Source of the DNA: Candidatus Magasanikbacteria bacterium GW2011_GWC2_37_14 | GTDB taxonomy: Bacteria; Patescibacteriota; Patescibacteriia; Magasanikbacterales; UBA922 | Length of the DNA stretch: 63,794 nucleotides | Reading direction: 5' to 3' | NCBI GenBank assembly: GCA_000990355.1 | Contig: LBSX01000011.1 | Span: 1-63,794 of the forward strand | Shown: positions 61,945 to 63,794 of the stretch, in pieces | How the letters are laid out: every line of letters starts with the position of its first letter | Numbering within the stretch: the stretch's first letter is position 1 | Position numbers and translations under genes: made by a program | The notes under the pieces: generated by a model | The model's input: only the letters and a program-made list of their open reading frames with translations | Told to the model about the DNA's origin: nothing | The model's database searches: none

Positions 61945-63400
61945 CAATTGAAGAAATATCAAATGGTCGGCCGCTCTCGGCGGCCAAATTATACGGGGGC
62001 TGCCACGAAAAAACCAATTGGCGGTTTTGTAAAAGGTGGTGTGAGCCAATATTTTTAAGAAATGGTGTCATTTCCGTTTGGTTGTTGGTTTCCAGTAATT
62101 TGTTGGCTTTGTTAAGCGATAAAACAAAATCCTTAGCGAGTCCGAGCCAATTCATTCCTTTCTCTTCAATGTCTTTAATTTTCTCTTTTAATTCTAACTT
62201 TCTAGTTAGGATTTTTTGTTTTCGCTCGGTATATTCGCCTGTGGATAACACACCCGCAAGAAAGACGTCTAACAACTTTTCCAGTGTTGTTTCTATTTTT
62301 GCTAATTCGTTTTTAAGGTTTTGAATATTTGCTGTATGTGTTGAAGTATCTTTGGTATATTCTGCTTCCAAATCAAAAAATACCTTTTCTAACTCCACAT
62401 CTGACAAAGAAATTTTTTGTAAATATTCTTTTATTTGCGTAAACAAAATATTATCACGCAAAAATAATTCTTCGCAAGGTCCTTTCTTGCGAGTGCAACG
62501 GTAATAAACATATTCTTTTCCGCTTTTCTTGCGTTTGTATTCCGCGGTTATGGCCGCACCACAAGAACATTTCATTAACCCAAGAAAAGTAAAATGATGT
62601 TTTTTGTATTTATGCGGTTTACCTTTTTCCAATAAAATTTCTTGCACACGGTCAAATAGTTTTTTAGAAATAATTGGTTCTTGCTTGCCCTCGTGGATTT
62701 CTCCGCTATATTTCATTAAACCAATGTAAAAAACATTGCGTAGGGTTTTGGATATTTGGCTTAGCTGGATTTGCGCCTCTGAACGACTTAAAAGATTATT
62801 TTGTATTGACCACTGACGAAGTGAGAATAAAGTATGCTGACCAGTCGCATACTGTTCAAAAAATTCGCGCAACTTTGGCGCCTTGTCCTGGTCAACATCT
62901 ATTCCTCGGGTTTTCGGATTATTCAAATATCCCATGGGTGCCTTACTTGGCCAAATACCATTACGAATTTTTTGTCTTAGCCCTCGTTTTACATTTTCCC
63001 GCAAATTATCTACAAAGTATTTACTTTGCCCAAAAGCGATTTGAAGCATAAATAATCCTTGAGGTGTCGGTTCAAACCAGAAGCAAGGAAATTTCATAGA
63101 TTTAATAACGCCACGGTCAACCAGATGAATTATCTTGCCACCATCCACACTGTTTCTCGCCAATCTGTCTGGGTGCCAACAAATTATCCCGTCAGCTTTA
63201 CCTTTTTCGAGAAATGACACCATTTCGCCGAAAACAATTCGGCCGGGCTCTTTGGCAGTTTTGGCCTCGTCTAACGAGGCGACAATTTCCAGTTTTTCTT
63301 TGGCGGCAAATTCTTTTAATTCGGTAAGTTGGGCTTCAATGCTTAATACCTGTCGGTCGTCTTCTTCGGTACTCTTGCGAGCGTAAATTACATAACGCAT
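61904..63400 (-). CDS. Large serine recombinase (resolvase domain + recombinase domain + zinc ribbon + coiled coil)
   Basis: N-terminus MRYVIYARKSTEEDDRQVLSIEAQ contains the catalytic Ser region, followed by DRLARN and a zinc ribbon CSCG...YYRC. The last about 14 codons are the complement of the tRNA-Val 3' part. Confidence 0.9.
   Translation of the reverse strand: MRYVIYARKSTEEDDRQVLSIEAQLTELKEFAAKEKLEIVASLDEAKTAKEPGRIVFGEMVSFLEKGKADGIICWHPDRLARNSVDGGKIIHLVDRGVIKSMKFPCFWFEPTPQGLFMLQIAFGQSKYFVDNLRENVKRGLRQKIRNGIWPSKAPMGYLNNPKTRGIDVDQDKAPKLREFFEQYATGQHTLFSLRQWSIQNNLLSRSEAQIQLSQISKTLRNVFYIGLMKYSGEIHEGKQEPIISKKLFDRVQEILLEKGKPHKYKKHHFTFLGLMKCSCGAAITAEYKRKKSGKEYVYYRCTRKKGPCEELFLRDNILFTQIKEYLQKISLSDVELEKVFFDLEAEYTKDTSTHTANIQNLKNELAKIETTLEKLLDVFLAGVLSTGEYTERKQKILTRKLELKEKIKDIEEKGMNWLGLAKDFVLSLNKANKLLETNNQTEMTPFLKNIGSHHLLQNRQLVFSWQPPYNLAAESGRPFDISSIVHAGGFEPSTLSV
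61994..62030. repeat. 37-bp inverted repeat, left copy (CGGGGGCTGCCACGAAAAAACCAATTGGCGGTTTTGT)
   Basis: Perfect reverse complement of 63468-63504. Lies inside the 3' end of the recombinase ORF and contains the central palindrome CCAATTGG. Confidence 0.95.
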
Positions 63401-63467
63401 AAAACAAAAAAGTTAAAAACAATTTGGATAAAAATTTTCTTTTCCCGTCCCGTTATTACATCGGGAC

Positions 63468-63504
63468 ACAAAACCGCCAATTGGTTTTTTCGTGGCAGCC
63501 CCCG
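63468..63504. repeat. 37-bp inverted repeat, right copy
   Basis: ACAAAACCGCCAATTGGTTTTTTCGTGGCAGCCCCCG, 68 nt upstream of the recombinase start codon. Confidence 0.95.
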
Positions 63505-63794
63505 CAATTGTACTGTATTATAAAAAGTGTTCGGACCCGCCTTCGTAAAAACTTTGGCGAGGCAGGCGAATTTTATCAGCCCCCATTTTTACAAAAACGG
63601 TGTCGCGGTCTTTCAAAACTGCCAAAGAGCCCGTTAAAAATATTGGCTCGCACCACCTTTTGGGAAAAGAAAATTTTTAGACATATTTGGACAGAAATTT
63701 AACTATTTCTGTCTTTTTATTATACTTAAATTAGTGTATTTGGCTTAATTTAGCGAAAATTGTGGCCATACTATTGACAAAACCCTATTTTTAT

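Noticed and set aside
63424-63702. 92-aa ORF to the right of the recombinase.
   Set aside because: It has no RBS and starts inside the recombinase promoter region. Its only notable segment (QNRQLVFSWQPP) is the translation of the 37-bp inverted repeat. It is treated as a potential alternative tail after inversion, not as a gene.

Overview
This is an AT-rich bacterial chromosome segment. Hand counts of sample 60-nt lines give about 32% G+C (19/60 at 46681-46740). Gene content and style suggest a reduced-genome Patescibacteria/CPR-like organism, which is an inference.

The backbone is ordinary housekeeping: pyrG, rplI, era, a C-terminal processing protease, dnaB, ybaB, recR, rplU, mraZ-rsmH-ftsL-like, a Clp ATPase, uvrC-uvrA-uvrB within 8 kb, murJ, metK and tRNA-Val. 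There is also a ~10 kb dTDP-sugar/glycosyltransferase surface-glycan cluster (16.7-26.3 kb) and two giant divergent polytopic membrane proteins. I saw no rRNA and no CRISPR array.

The non-ordinary content is:
1. The first ~5.2 kb is a cassette-like array of small accessory genes (141-aa unknown, GNAT, MFS-like fragment, DUF202, Fic, lipoprotein). It is punctuated by a recurring dyad boundary motif and by G+C-rich structured elements. Two of these (173 and 176 nt) are near-identical and each ends exactly 33 nt before an unrelated gene.
2. Four compact G+C-rich islands (60-73% G+C in sampled lines) each carry their own Shine-Dalgarno sequence, an orphan ORF and a hairpin. They sit at 251-483, 8664-9077, ~33165-34262 and ~45965-46590.
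3. Several families of short G+C-rich palindromic elements fill the intergenic regions. They are also inserted in frame inside uvrA, uvrC, pyrG, a glycosyltransferase and membrane proteins.
4. A large serine recombinase gene runs into the 3' part of tRNA-Val and is bracketed by perfect 37-bp inverted repeats.
5. A cobalamin riboswitch heads a three-gene putative B12-capture operon.
6. A solo IS200/IS605-type tnpA is present.

All functional calls come from motifs read in the translations. No database search was possible.
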